From positions 1 to 55,495 of the IMG/VR virus record IMGVR_UViG_3300021474_000001: a DNA stretch of 55,495 nucleotides, one strand, 5' to 3'. The position numbers and the translations under genes were made by a program. How positions within the stretch are numbered: the stretch's first letter is position 1; the number at the start of each line of letters is the position of its first letter. This document shows positions 40,101 to 49,134 of the stretch, in pieces. The stretch comes from a virus. Taxonomy: Duplodnaviria; Caudoviricetes. A model generated the notes under the pieces. It did not search any database and was not told where the DNA came from. It saw nothing but the letters and a program-made list of their open reading frames with translations.

Positions 40101-40843
40101 ATCTACCGACGACGCTGATTCTGACGACGCTGCCGCAAACCGGCGTGGTGACGCTCTCTCAGCTTCTCGCCCAGCAATCGAATATCGTGACGAGTTTTCC
40201 GCCGAACGGAAATCTCAACATGAACGGATTTACGTTTCTGAACCTGGCAGGCGCGACCATCGCGGGGAATCCGGTGGTCGAGGGCTTGGGGTTGAGTGGC
40301 GGCGCCGTGTTCACGTCGAGTGGCACATTCACGGTCCCGCTGAACTCGACCTATATCGTCGCGACGCTCTTCGCTGGCGGGGGCGGTGGTGGTGGTGGAC
40401 ACGCAGGAACAAACGGTGGAGGCGGCGGAGGAGGTGGACAAATCCTACAATGCCTGATGCTTCCGGTGAACGGGACCATCACCGTGACGATTGGTGCGGG
40501 CGGCACCGCGGGTACGGCATCACCGAGCGCGGGCGGCAATGCGGCCGACACGACCGCGAGCCAGTCCTCATCCACGACGATCTGCGATGCTGGCGGCGGC
40601 TCAGGTGGCGCGGCGGGCTCGGGCGGTAGTCCTGGTGCGGGCGGTGCGGGCGGTGCTGCGAGTACGACGATTACCGGCGCCGCGATTCAGATGTTCGTGA
40701 CGACCGGCACCGCAGGCGCCAATGGCACGAGCAGCGCTGGTGGCACTGGCGCGGGGCTCGGGCTGTTCGGTGGCACGGGCGGAGCGCCGGCGGGCGCGGG
40801 CGTGGCGGGCGCGAAGGGAGTGGCATTGCTCAGGGCGTTCTAG
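37118..40843 (+). CDS. Exported clan-A-like glycoside hydrolase + Thr-Ala linker + tail-fibre-like/Gly-rich C-terminal module
   Basis: MMKR + hydrophobic N-terminus; GFR...LNPGSMRY; EGGNENWN; FYEEG; (TA)n ~39682-39870. Confidence 0.7.
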   Translation: MMKRVAAIALLLLFVVVSYVVTIQNPVNGPRSAFAVTPTPTAQVTSSPTALIGGSNRMGFNLGGDDYQGCCGGNYMQNMFQNPGLEPSTDGHLIDVGPGATGSSFTDTTDNGAATNYWVGAIASVRSGAAAGDQFTITGYTAGGSYTFGSCENATGAPISCPTLATGVAVGEVLTSVDVAGNMDTNVIGGWGGVHDGHCVLSIADKYEGQGSIACNVADGSAHTFNYGWDLSTTTGGVCSNDSVTPCTVANQTADCGGGNTCLTAPQAGPWHPVVGAFETSFWAKGANTSTGTPQVSFQLYRTAGGGVNVSHTWTLTNDGAWHQYTYSFTGTDVGPNQNSLLYQFSTTNNSAETSATIYIDDAYLGKAASSATGFRNEMLTTVNALNPGSMRYAAYAQLGTNDRGYEGAQGCNPTPSSPTTTGTCDMLHGAAFDTYGGAPNGSWTFAGSDVYALANQTNSVPFMTLGNVMSDADLKSFIDNLCTAVNTYSFPSAWVEGGNENWNNGAGRISFGNNPGALGYGGTWGRNFSVMNAEATAHCGSAVAAKVHYIMNNQACNGGVIQTEIAGAATAGFAIPNTSQYGGDDAPYYPNTTAMPFATGSLAAQAATFAADFFGYIPQYVNNGNGCTGGASNGDYSYVQSNNVIPFYEEGPNAYSSSGGSTTEQGYLAQAGYPSAAWMAQSWLWGQQQGRTPLQNEYQLAQPEFGGSISVPIWGFTHDMDADFGPTFPHLRSIGIGMEIVNGAIQANYYPITGLPSGVVGNAYGSNGLGTGNMSAVLVNGNGTAQSFAVVFPAGSTVPQSCVASVYTNGLADNNENSDDVTAGACTGVTTVGQAVGITLRPYQVAAMDAGTPGPTATATATATSTATATATATATGGATATATATATSTATATATSTATATATTSPTPTAAPTATACAGLPPTTVTITGNLYDNYGNPSVGTTVAVTPLNPTAQGCSLIMANPVPTSTDKFGHFILNAVGGIYSAVSFAGGVDLPTTLILTTLPQTGVVTLSQLLAQQSNIVTSFPPNGNLNMNGFTFLNLAGATIAGNPVVEGLGLSGGAVFTSSGTFTVPLNSTYIVATLFAGGGGGGGGHAGTNGGGGGGGGQILQCLMLPVNGTITVTIGAGGTAGTASPSAGGNAADTTASQSSSTTICDAGGGSGGAAGSGGSPGAGGAGGAASTTITGAAIQMFVTTGTAGANGTSSAGGTGAGLGLFGGTGGAPAGAGVAGAKGVALLRAF

Positions 40844-42780
40844 TGGGGAAGTCTTTCTCATGGACGGTCCTATTCCTGCTCGTAGCGACCACGGCGAGCG
40901 CGGGGATCGGCCTCGTGGGTAGTCCGCCGACTCCGCAGGTCACGACGAGTTGTTCATCGGGAACGATGGTATTTCCTTCAGTCAACGTGACGGCGGGCGA
41001 TGCTCTCGTCATTCAGTGGATCGGAACTTCGAGCGGCACAAATCCGCAGAACGCGACGAGCATGACCGACAATAACGGTCAGACTGATGGGACTGGCGCG
41101 AGCTGGATTCAACTCAACCAGACTCAAGTGACAAGCCCAGGACGGCAGACGGGGCACTGGTGGGCACCGAACCACAATTCGGGACCGACAATCGTGACGG
41201 TGCATTTCTCAGGCGGAAGCGCAGGAACGTGCGGCGGCATCGCGTACCTTGAAGAATGGTCGGGAATCAAGCGGACTGGGAATCCCGAGTTTCAGCCCAC
41301 GAATAGCGGGACGGGTACGTCGGTGACGGCAGGCACGGCGACGTGGAGCGCGGGCGATCTTTTACTCTCCGCGGGCGGACAGGTGGACACGGCCGCGGCG
41401 ATAGCGGGTGGGCCGACTAACTCGTTCACCGAATTTATGGACCCGACGAATCCGGCTGATACGGTGCCGATGGCGGCGTATCGTATCTTCGCGGCGGGCG
41501 GGACGCTCGGAACGACGTGGACGACGACGAACTCGGCGGCGTGGCAGGCGAGTCTAATCGGAATGCTTGCGGCCCCAGCGACAGCAACTCCTACCGCCAC
41601 AGCCACCGCGACGGCAACTGCGACCGCTACCGCCTCGGCCACAATCACGGCTACTCCAACCGCGACGGCGACGGCGACCGCAACGGCGACGGCCACCGCT
41701 ACTGCCACGAATGTTGCTACGGCGACTGCGACGCTCACGGCGACGGCTACGGCGACCATCAGCGCTACTCCGACAATCTCCGCGACCCCAACGGCGACGG
41801 CCACCGCAACGGCTACTCCTGTCGGAATTCCCACCGTTACGGTCACGGGCTGCGTGTACGACTTCTTCGCCAACCCAGTCGTCGGCACTGTCGTCGGCAT
41901 TTTCCCGCTCAAAGCAACGCCGGAGAACGGAAACGCCGTCGTCGCGAATCCGGTAGCGACCAACACGAATCTGCAGGGCTGCTTCTCGCTTCAGGTGGTC
42001 GGCGGGATCTACGACGCCTTCTACGTTCAGGGCAGCACGACGATGCCGATGGCGCTGCTCAAGGCGACACTGCCGCTGTCGGGGACGATCTCGTTCTCAA
42101 GCCTGCTTCCGCCGTCGAGCTCGGTCACGGCTTCTTTCCCGCCTGCTGGGAATCTTAGCTTGGCGGGGTTCACCTTCACGGGAGTCGGGTCTGCGTCGAT
42201 TGCGGGACAGATGGTGGTCGAGGGCGCAGGGTTGGACGGCGGGCAAATCTTCATCGTGAACGGCGTCTATACGCCACCGATGAATGCAACGTGGGTAGTG
42301 GCGACGTTGCTCGGAGGTGGAGGCGGCGGCGGCGGCGGAGCTACAGGTTCTACGCATGGCGGAGGCGGAGGGGGCGCGGGTGATTTGCTCCAATGTCTCA
42401 TGCTACCTTCTGACGGGACCGTAAGTGTCACGGTGGGCGCAGGAGGCAGCGGTGGTGCGGCGACAGTCAGCGGATCAGCGGGGACCGATTCGACGGTCAG
42501 TCAGCAGGGCGCGACGACGATTTGCGATGCGGGAGCGGGTAGTGGTGGGACTGGAGGGTCTGGCGGTGGAAACGGCACGGGTGGCGCAGGTGGCGGGGGA
42601 ACCATAACTGGCGTGGCGATGCAGATGTTCAACACGGCGGGAGCAAACGGTGCGAATGGCACGGGGGCGCTCGGCGGGGCGGGTGGAGGGATTGGATATT
42701 TCGGCGGGACGGGCGGCGCGCCGAATGGGCAGTCGGGCGTTGCGGGAAGGAGCGGGATTGTCCTCATGAGGTCGTTCTGA
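40843..42780 (+). CDS. Exported protein + Thr-Ala linker + paralogous tail-fibre-like/Gly-rich C-terminal module
   Basis: Signal peptide ending ASA; EEWSG domain; (TA)n ~41575-41820; C-terminal ~315 aa colinear with upstream gene. Confidence 0.75.
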   Translation: MGKSFSWTVLFLLVATTASAGIGLVGSPPTPQVTTSCSSGTMVFPSVNVTAGDALVIQWIGTSSGTNPQNATSMTDNNGQTDGTGASWIQLNQTQVTSPGRQTGHWWAPNHNSGPTIVTVHFSGGSAGTCGGIAYLEEWSGIKRTGNPEFQPTNSGTGTSVTAGTATWSAGDLLLSAGGQVDTAAAIAGGPTNSFTEFMDPTNPADTVPMAAYRIFAAGGTLGTTWTTTNSAAWQASLIGMLAAPATATPTATATATATATATASATITATPTATATATATATATATATNVATATATLTATATATISATPTISATPTATATATATPVGIPTVTVTGCVYDFFANPVVGTVVGIFPLKATPENGNAVVANPVATNTNLQGCFSLQVVGGIYDAFYVQGSTTMPMALLKATLPLSGTISFSSLLPPSSSVTASFPPAGNLSLAGFTFTGVGSASIAGQMVVEGAGLDGGQIFIVNGVYTPPMNATWVVATLLGGGGGGGGGATGSTHGGGGGGAGDLLQCLMLPSDGTVSVTVGAGGSGGAATVSGSAGTDSTVSQQGATTICDAGAGSGGTGGSGGGNGTGGAGGGGTITGVAMQMFNTAGANGANGTGALGGAGGGIGYFGGTGGAPNGQSGVAGRSGIVLMRSF

Positions 42781-43163
42781 TGAGACCCGCTATAGCCGAC
42801 CGCAATATGGCATCACTCATATCGCTCATAACCATTCTGCTGACCGTGGAAGTTCTCGCTTATCGGAAAGTTTACTTGGACGCTTACGACCTCAAGATGC
42901 AACCCATTTATTTAGAGCAGGGTCGGACGCCGCTAAACTATTATGCTTGGCAGGACGAGGACCATCGTTACGTCATCTCGGTATTACAGAACGGCGGAAC
43001 GCTAACCTTCGAGAACGTCACGGGCGGGCTTCCGCCTTTCAAGACAGCAATCGTCGGGTCGATAACCGGCGTGGGGACAATTCGCGTGCCAGCACCACAG
43101 CAGGACCAAGATATGTACGTTGATTCGACGGGGACAGCGGAGGTGCAGGTGCAAGCGCGATGA
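42780..43163 (+). CDS. Membrane-anchored/exported hypothetical protein
   Basis: N-terminal hydrophobic helix; coupled on both sides. Confidence 0.6.
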   Translation: MRPAIADRNMASLISLITILLTVEVLAYRKVYLDAYDLKMQPIYLEQGRTPLNYYAWQDEDHRYVISVLQNGGTLTFENVTGGLPPFKTAIVGSITGVGTIRVPAPQQDQDMYVDSTGTAEVQVQAR

Positions 43164-45259
43164 GACGACTACTGCCATTTCTGGTTCTGTTCTCACTACC
43201 GTGGAGCACTGTGGTATGGGCGCAGGTACTCTGTCCCCTATGCGATTGCTCCTTCGATGCGATCTCCGGTTCTACTACTGCCTCGACCGGCGGTAATCTC
43301 AATACGAGCATCGCGATTGCGGACCCAGGTGTTCACGTCGGGGATTCGGTGCTGTGCCTGGTCGGCTACGACTCGTACCTGCACGGAATTAATGCGATCG
43401 ATAATACATGGACGAATCTCGGGAATCTCCAACTGCCTGATGGCTCAGGCGAATCGTTGCTCTTGCAGAACTACCCCGGATCGTACCCGACCGCCAGTTT
43501 TCAAAACCTGAGCACTCTGATTGCCGAGAACTGGTCCGCTATCTGCGTCGCGAGTTCGTATCGCGCGTCTCTCGATGGCCTTGTGACGAGTCTGGCGAAT
43601 GCCGCCTCGACCACCGCCACGGCTCCCAAAGTCGTGATAGACCAGACCCTCACGTCCCTGTTCAACTTCTGCTCCACGCCGGGAACGATCACATTCTCGT
43701 CGCCTACTCTCGGATCGCTGGTCACGCAGCAGCACGCTTTCGGGCCGAGTGTGGCTGTAGCCAATAGCCGCGATGCGATTGTCTCTCCTACGTCCGCGAA
43801 CCAGATCACGCTCAGCACTTCGGCGGTGTCGGGCTGCATATCGGCGGCGTTCAAGTGCGGCCCGAATCCGACCGCGACTGCGACCGCCACAGCTACACCA
43901 ACGGCGACGGCTACGGGCGCGACTGCTACCGCCACTGCGACCGCTACACCAACGGCCACCGCATCACCCACCGGCTCGATCACGAATATCGTGGTGATCG
44001 AGAAAGAGAATCGCAGCTACGATAATTATTTCGGGACGTTCCCGTGTTCGGGCGGACCTTGCGGAGTCTCGACGGCGACCCTGAGTACGGGGGCCACCTA
44101 CGCGCTGACACGCGGAATGGATACGACCTCGACGGACTTCGACCACGACTACATTCCATTCATCACCGACATCGACGGCGGCTTGATGGACGGTTTCGAT
44201 AAGGCTCCGTGGTGTACCTCGACCAGCACGCCGCCCTATGGGTGCCTGATCCAGCAGGTGCAGGCGGACATCCCGAACTACTGGACGCTGGCGACGAATT
44301 ACGCGCTCGGCGACAATATGTTCCCGGACATCATCGGTCCCAGCCAGCCGAATCACTTGGCCATGCTGTTCGCGAGTTCATTCTTTGACATCAGCAATAC
44401 GTGGAACAACGGCACGACACAGAGCTGGGGCTGCGATGCGCCGCTGAAAGCTAGCGACTGCACGGCGGCGAACGTGCCAGGGCCGCAATGCACTGGCGCG
44501 GGAACCTGCCCGACTTGTACGGCGACTACTTCCGCTTACGTTCAACTTCTAGGGCAGACACCGAATACGAAGTACCCATGCTTCACGCAGACTTCGCTTA
44601 TGGACGAGGCGGCAACCGCCAGCGTCAGTTTCAAATGGTACGGTGATATAACCTTCGGCGACACCGGCTACTACTGGACCGCGCCGGATGAGCTGATCCG
44701 CTTCACCAACGGGACCGCGAATTGGACGAGTCACGTCGTGGCATCGACCCAATTCACCACCGATGCCGACGCAGGCACGTTGCCTCAGATCGCGTGGGTC
44801 ACGCCGGACCTCGCGCACAGTGAGCATCCGCTGGAAGGTATTTGCACCGGCGAGAACTGGACGATGAATCTGCTCAATCATCTGTTCGCAGGGCCGCAGG
44901 GAGCGCATACCGCCGTGTTCATCGTGTGGGATGAGAGCGGCGGTCTCTACGATCATGTGAATCCGCCAGTCATTCAGAGTGTCGGCGCGAATCGACTGTC
45001 GGCTGGTCCGCGCGTGCCGGTGCTGGTCGTCTCGCCTTATGCCCGCGCGACTGGTGGCGTTGCTGCGAACGTAATCCATACGCAGGTGCTATTCTCTTCG
45101 ATTGTGAGGCAGATCGAAAACCAATTCGGACTGCCGCGACTCGGCGGGCACGACTCGACCGTGAACGACATGAGCAGTTTTCTCAACCTGAACCAGACGC
45201 CGATAACGTGGACGCCGCTGGTTCAGAGAACAGGTGGATCGTGCGTTACATCGCCGTAG
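43160..45259 (+). CDS. Exported phosphoesterase (AcpA/phospholipase C family) with N-terminal beta domain and Thr-Ala linker
   Basis: MRRLL signal peptide; IVVIEKENRSYDNYFG; GPSQPNH; SEHP; WDESGGLYDHV.PP; GPRVP.LVVSPYA. Confidence 0.9.
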   Translation: MRRLLPFLVLFSLPWSTVVWAQVLCPLCDCSFDAISGSTTASTGGNLNTSIAIADPGVHVGDSVLCLVGYDSYLHGINAIDNTWTNLGNLQLPDGSGESLLLQNYPGSYPTASFQNLSTLIAENWSAICVASSYRASLDGLVTSLANAASTTATAPKVVIDQTLTSLFNFCSTPGTITFSSPTLGSLVTQQHAFGPSVAVANSRDAIVSPTSANQITLSTSAVSGCISAAFKCGPNPTATATATATPTATATGATATATATATPTATASPTGSITNIVVIEKENRSYDNYFGTFPCSGGPCGVSTATLSTGATYALTRGMDTTSTDFDHDYIPFITDIDGGLMDGFDKAPWCTSTSTPPYGCLIQQVQADIPNYWTLATNYALGDNMFPDIIGPSQPNHLAMLFASSFFDISNTWNNGTTQSWGCDAPLKASDCTAANVPGPQCTGAGTCPTCTATTSAYVQLLGQTPNTKYPCFTQTSLMDEAATASVSFKWYGDITFGDTGYYWTAPDELIRFTNGTANWTSHVVASTQFTTDADAGTLPQIAWVTPDLAHSEHPLEGICTGENWTMNLLNHLFAGPQGAHTAVFIVWDESGGLYDHVNPPVIQSVGANRLSAGPRVPVLVVSPYARATGGVAANVIHTQVLFSSIVRQIENQFGLPRLGGHDSTVNDMSSFLNLNQTPITWTPLVQRTGGSCVTSP

Positions 45260-45516
45260 TACTCATTCTGGCCGGATGCAACCCGTATCGCGGGAACCCT
45301 GACGGCATCTCGCAGGAGTCGGTCTGGCAGGCGCGGCAGGCGATCTGCGATGCGGCGCGGACTGGACGCCAGCTCGACCCAGACGCGGCGATGGGGATGG
45401 CGATTTTCGATTACGAGAACGGAGAGTGGGACGACGATGACTGCGTGATCCGTCCGAAGGCAGGGCAGATAGGCAAGCTGCTGGACTTGGGTTCAGCGAG
45501 GCCGGATTGGTCGTGA
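45241..45516 (+). CDS. Small lipoprotein
   Basis: VRYIAVVLILAGC lipobox. Confidence 0.55.
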   Translation: MRYIAVVLILAGCNPYRGNPDGISQESVWQARQAICDAARTGRQLDPDAAMGMAIFDYENGEWDDDDCVIRPKAGQIGKLLDLGSARPDWS

Positions 45517-47174
45517 GACGAATAGCACTCATCGCCGTGTTGCTCGCGTTTCTCTTACCGACGAAGGGATGGGCGCAGAGCGCCGTCGATTCGACTAGCA
45601 TCGTTCAGCATAAATCCTGCCCCAACCTGACGCCGAGCGGGTCTGTGGCGACGTGCGCGTTTACGAGTGCCCCGGCAGTCGGCAACCTCATCATCGCCAT
45701 CGGAGCCACGGCGGGCACGACGATCACACAGACCTTCACGAGCAACAACGGCACCTGCACCTCGCGAGAGTTACAGACCGGCCAGAACTCAGGACAGCAA
45801 ATCTCGGAATGTACGGTCACCGCGAACGTGGCTACGACCATCACGGATACCCTCTCGTCGCTCAACGGCTTGACCGCCATCGAAATCATGGAAGTCCACG
45901 ACACGGGCGGCGTCGTTTCTTTCGACGTGGCGGGCGGCGTGAAGAACGGATCGGCGTCGGCGAACGTATCGAGCGGCGCGACGGGAGCGACTAACAACGT
46001 GGTGGACTTCTGCGTGGCAGCGCTCAGCTTCGCCAGCACGATTGGCAAGACGCCCACGGCGGGTCCGGGGCTGCTCGCGGCGGCTGTGCCGAGTGCGTGG
46101 AACGTGATCGACAACAACACGACCGCAGGGCCGGGAATGCTGACTGCGAGCACCGTGACGAGCGCATCGGCGTTAGCAGTAGCCTCAGCGTGGTCGTGGA
46201 GTGGCGCTACTTCAACCACAGGCGGCACGGTCTGCTACAAGGGGCAGGTGCAGCCGACGATTGCGCCAGCGGGGACGCCGACGACAACTGTGTACACGGC
46301 CGTTTCCTCTTCCGCGATTACTCTCGCTAGCAGTTCGGCGTCCGCGTGTAATCGGGTTCAGTTATGCGACAGTACTGGCCTATTAAGCTCGCCCTCATGT
46401 ACGTGCACTGGGGGAACCTGTACGCGAGTGCTTGGACCGACAACATGGAACACCATTCAGAGCAAGGCTGTGTTTTTCTGTAATGGTTGCACGGGTAGCT
46501 TATCCTGTTCTTTTGGAGTCACCGCCAATGGGGTTGCGGCAGTTGACGCTTTTACCGGATCGTCGTGCGCGACAGATTGTTCAGGCGCGGGCGATCAGAC
46601 AGGAAGCAGTGCGACCTCAACCTCAAATAGTTTGACGAGTTGCAATCAAGGCGATGCGCTCTTGTACGACGCTTGTAATAACGGCGGGGGGGCTTATTCA
46701 AATTCTACTCCGTTGGCCAGTACAGCGTCGCTCAATACCACTGCTACTCCCGCCAGTCTTCTCGCCTACTACTTCGACACCGCCCCCTCGACCAACACCA
46801 GCCCCGCGCAGAGTCGCACACAGGGCAACGTCGCATGGGTATCCGGTGCGGTAGGGCTGGGACCGGCGTCAGCGGCGACTGCGACGGCAACGGCGACTGC
46901 GACCGCCACGGCAACAGCAACTGCTACAGCGACAGCTACGGCCACCGCAACGGCGACAGCTACGGCCACTGCTACCGCGACCGCTACAGCCACAGCAACG
47001 GCTACCGCAACAGTGACAGCCACGCCCACGCCGATCGCTACTCCGACGGCGACGGCTACGGCTACGGGCGGTGCCACTAACCCAACGCCCATTCCGCAAT
47101 CTCTCGGACAACCCGGCTTCGGCCCATCACGACCATTAGGCTCTCGACCTGAAGGATTTGGAGGAGTTCTATGA
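45507..47174 (+). CDS. Exported Cys/Ser/Thr-rich protein with long C-terminal (Ala-Thr)n tract
   Basis: RRIALIAVLLAFLL...GWA signal; two beta domains; (AT)n ~46873-47070. Confidence 0.75.
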   Translation: MVVRRIALIAVLLAFLLPTKGWAQSAVDSTSIVQHKSCPNLTPSGSVATCAFTSAPAVGNLIIAIGATAGTTITQTFTSNNGTCTSRELQTGQNSGQQISECTVTANVATTITDTLSSLNGLTAIEIMEVHDTGGVVSFDVAGGVKNGSASANVSSGATGATNNVVDFCVAALSFASTIGKTPTAGPGLLAAAVPSAWNVIDNNTTAGPGMLTASTVTSASALAVASAWSWSGATSTTGGTVCYKGQVQPTIAPAGTPTTTVYTAVSSSAITLASSSASACNRVQLCDSTGLLSSPSCTCTGGTCTRVLGPTTWNTIQSKAVFFCNGCTGSLSCSFGVTANGVAAVDAFTGSSCATDCSGAGDQTGSSATSTSNSLTSCNQGDALLYDACNNGGGAYSNSTPLASTASLNTTATPASLLAYYFDTAPSTNTSPAQSRTQGNVAWVSGAVGLGPASAATATATATATATATATATATATATATATATATATATATATATATATVTATPTPIATPTATATATGGATNPTPIPQSLGQPGFGPSRPLGSRPEGFGGVL

Positions 47175-47617
47175 AACGGTTACTCGCATTCGTCCCCGCG
47201 CTCGTTCTGGTCCTCTGGGTCAGCCTCGCGCATAGCATCAGCTATGTTGGGGTCATACCGGGAGGCGCTGGTTCCGCGACGCCCAAAGCTGTCGGCACGG
47301 CAACGCCGGTCGCAGTTATCGCGTGTGGTTCCGGCGCGAACTACATCAAATTCAATGTGACAGGCGGCACCGCCGGCACAGACGGATGCTTCATCACCGT
47401 CTCAAGCACGCTTGCGTCGCCGTGCGCGGCCGCGAGTCCGGCACCGAGCGTCAGCCCGCAGGTGGGAGATTTCGCGCCGACTGGCGGCACCTACCCCAGC
47501 GCGAGCCCTCTGACATATAACTACGCGAACCAGGTCGGCTCCTACTGGATGAACGGCGAGTGGGATGCGGTCTGTACCGCGGCGAGCATGACGGTGACGC
47601 CTGTCACGCTGCCGTAG
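47171..47617 (+). CDS. Small exported protein
   Basis: MKRLLAF...SLAHS signal peptide; four Cys. Confidence 0.7.
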   Translation: MKRLLAFVPALVLVLWVSLAHSISYVGVIPGGAGSATPKAVGTATPVAVIACGSGANYIKFNVTGGTAGTDGCFITVSSTLASPCAAASPAPSVSPQVGDFAPTGGTYPSASPLTYNYANQVGSYWMNGEWDAVCTAASMTVTPVTLP

Positions 47618-48109
47618 ATGCAACCCATCACCGACATCACGTCGCTGCTGACCTTCGAGGAAGGGGATCGCTTATTCGTGTACGACGACCACACCGGCAA
47701 GCCGATTACGAAGGGAAGTCATTGCTTCGGCAATCCAACTATCGGTCGCGGACGCGCGTTAAATATCGAAGGCATTTCAGAAGTCGAAAGCACCTACCTG
47801 CTCAACAACGACGTGGCCCATTGGCGTGCGGAGTTGAGTCAGTTCTCTTGGTACACCAATCTCGATCAGGTGCGGCGTGACGCAATCGTCAACATGGCAC
47901 ACGCGCAGGGCGTCGCGGGCGTCGAGGGCTATCACGACATGATCGCGGCACTCGTGAAGGAGCATGCCGAGACGGTGGCGGCGCTACAGGCTCAGGACTG
48001 GAAGGCGGCGCGTGATGCCGTGCTGCTGTCACGCTGGGCAGGTGAAGACTCTGAGCGGGCGACTCGATGTGCCAACATGCTGTGGTCTGGGGTGTACCCG
48101 ATAGTATGA
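47618..48109 (+). CDS. Endolysin, T4-lysozyme-like muramidase (GH24)
   Basis: EEG.RL.VY.D.TG...TIG.G; L...R.DAIVNM; S.WA...RA.R. Confidence 0.88.
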   Translation: MQPITDITSLLTFEEGDRLFVYDDHTGKPITKGSHCFGNPTIGRGRALNIEGISEVESTYLLNNDVAHWRAELSQFSWYTNLDQVRRDAIVNMAHAQGVAGVEGYHDMIAALVKEHAETVAALQAQDWKAARDAVLLSRWAGEDSERATRCANMLWSGVYPIV

Positions 48110-48192
48110 ACATCGACGCGGGAATCGTGGTCGTGATAGCTATCGTGTTGGTGATCGTATTTCTGTTTACTCAGGAAAGAGAGGGATGAGAC

Positions 48193-48582
48193 GTGGTACC
48201 TTCAGGCAATCTGTACGGCCTCCTCACGGCAGCGCTCTTGATTCTCAACACGATAATGGTGTGGTGGTCAGGCCGGGCAACGCGCGGAACCGTCAAGGAC
48301 GAAGGGAGCGCCACCCGCGACGACGTGAAAGAAGTTCACACACTGGTCAATAGCGGACTGACCAAATTGATCCAATCGAAGGACGAGACCATCGCGAGCA
48401 CCGAGCGCGCCGCCAGCGCGGAAGGGAAGGCCGAGGGGATAGCACAGGAACGCGAACGGCACGAAGCCTCGTCGATGACGGCGGCACTGAGAGTAATTGA
48501 CGAGCCAGTCCAACCGGCGAAATCGGGTGACTCCATCACGTTGGAAGCGCCTGTGAAAATTGAGGTCACGGAAAAGAAATAG
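48193..48582 (+). CDS. Single-TM lysis-module protein
   Basis: N-terminal TM; EVHTLVNS. Confidence 0.6.
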   Translation: MVPSGNLYGLLTAALLILNTIMVWWSGRATRGTVKDEGSATRDDVKEVHTLVNSGLTKLIQSKDETIASTERAASAEGKAEGIAQERERHEASSMTAALRVIDEPVQPAKSGDSITLEAPVKIEVTEKK

Positions 48583-48592
48583 GAGAACGCAA

Positions 48593-48814
48593 ATGATTTT
48601 AGGGTGTTTAATTAATCTGATTATCTTGGTCATCATCGCCGTCATCATTCTCTACATTCTGGAAGTGGCGTTGCAGCCGTTCATGGCGCTGCCCGCTCCG
48701 GTCTACACGCTGATTCGCCTGCTCATCGGGCTGCTGATCCTCTTGCAATTCCTGAACTGCATCGGATTCCTTGGCACGTATGGCGGGTATCATTCGGAAC
48801 CGTTCATACGCTGA
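48593..48814 (+). CDS. Two-TM membrane protein (holin candidate)
   Basis: AGGAG RBS before MILGCL; two hydrophobic helices. Confidence 0.65.
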   Translation: MILGCLINLIILVIIAVIILYILEVALQPFMALPAPVYTLIRLLIGLLILLQFLNCIGFLGTYGGYHSEPFIR

Positions 48815-49134
48815 TGGCAGACACGACGCCGATAGTCGAAACCACTGTCACCGAAAAGAAAGTGGGAGATGCCGCGACGCAGCAACCGCCGCCGCCGCAG
48901 ATTATAGCCGATGACAACGCCCGTAAATGGCTCGCTGTTGGGGTCATCGTTCAATTCCTACTGGTCATCGGCTACATCGTGTACACAGGCAAAGGTCAGG
49001 TTCAGGCGAGCAATACCGAACTGATGATTCTCGGTGCAGAAGTCACCTTCATGACGACCGTGCTGAACTACTATTTCGGTAGCAGCAGCGGCTCGACCGC
49101 AAAATCGCAGATTCTCGACACCAAGACCAAATGA
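48814..49134 (+). CDS. Holin-like two-TM protein
   Basis: TVLNYYFGSSSGS..K motif. Confidence 0.7.
   Translation: MADTTPIVETTVTEKKVGDAATQQPPPPQIIADDNARKWLAVGVIVQFLLVIGYIVYTGKGQVQASNTELMILGAEVTFMTTVLNYYFGSSSGSTAKSQILDTKTK

Noticed and set aside
39890-42780. Diversity-generating retroelement TR/VR pair
   Set aside because: No reverse transcriptase seen; the paralogy is diverged at all bases rather than adenine-specific
46873-47070. (GCNACN)n tracts as DNA satellites or contingency loci
   Set aside because: Third positions vary freely, so these are protein-level Thr-Ala linkers; the antisense VAVAVA ORFs are shadows
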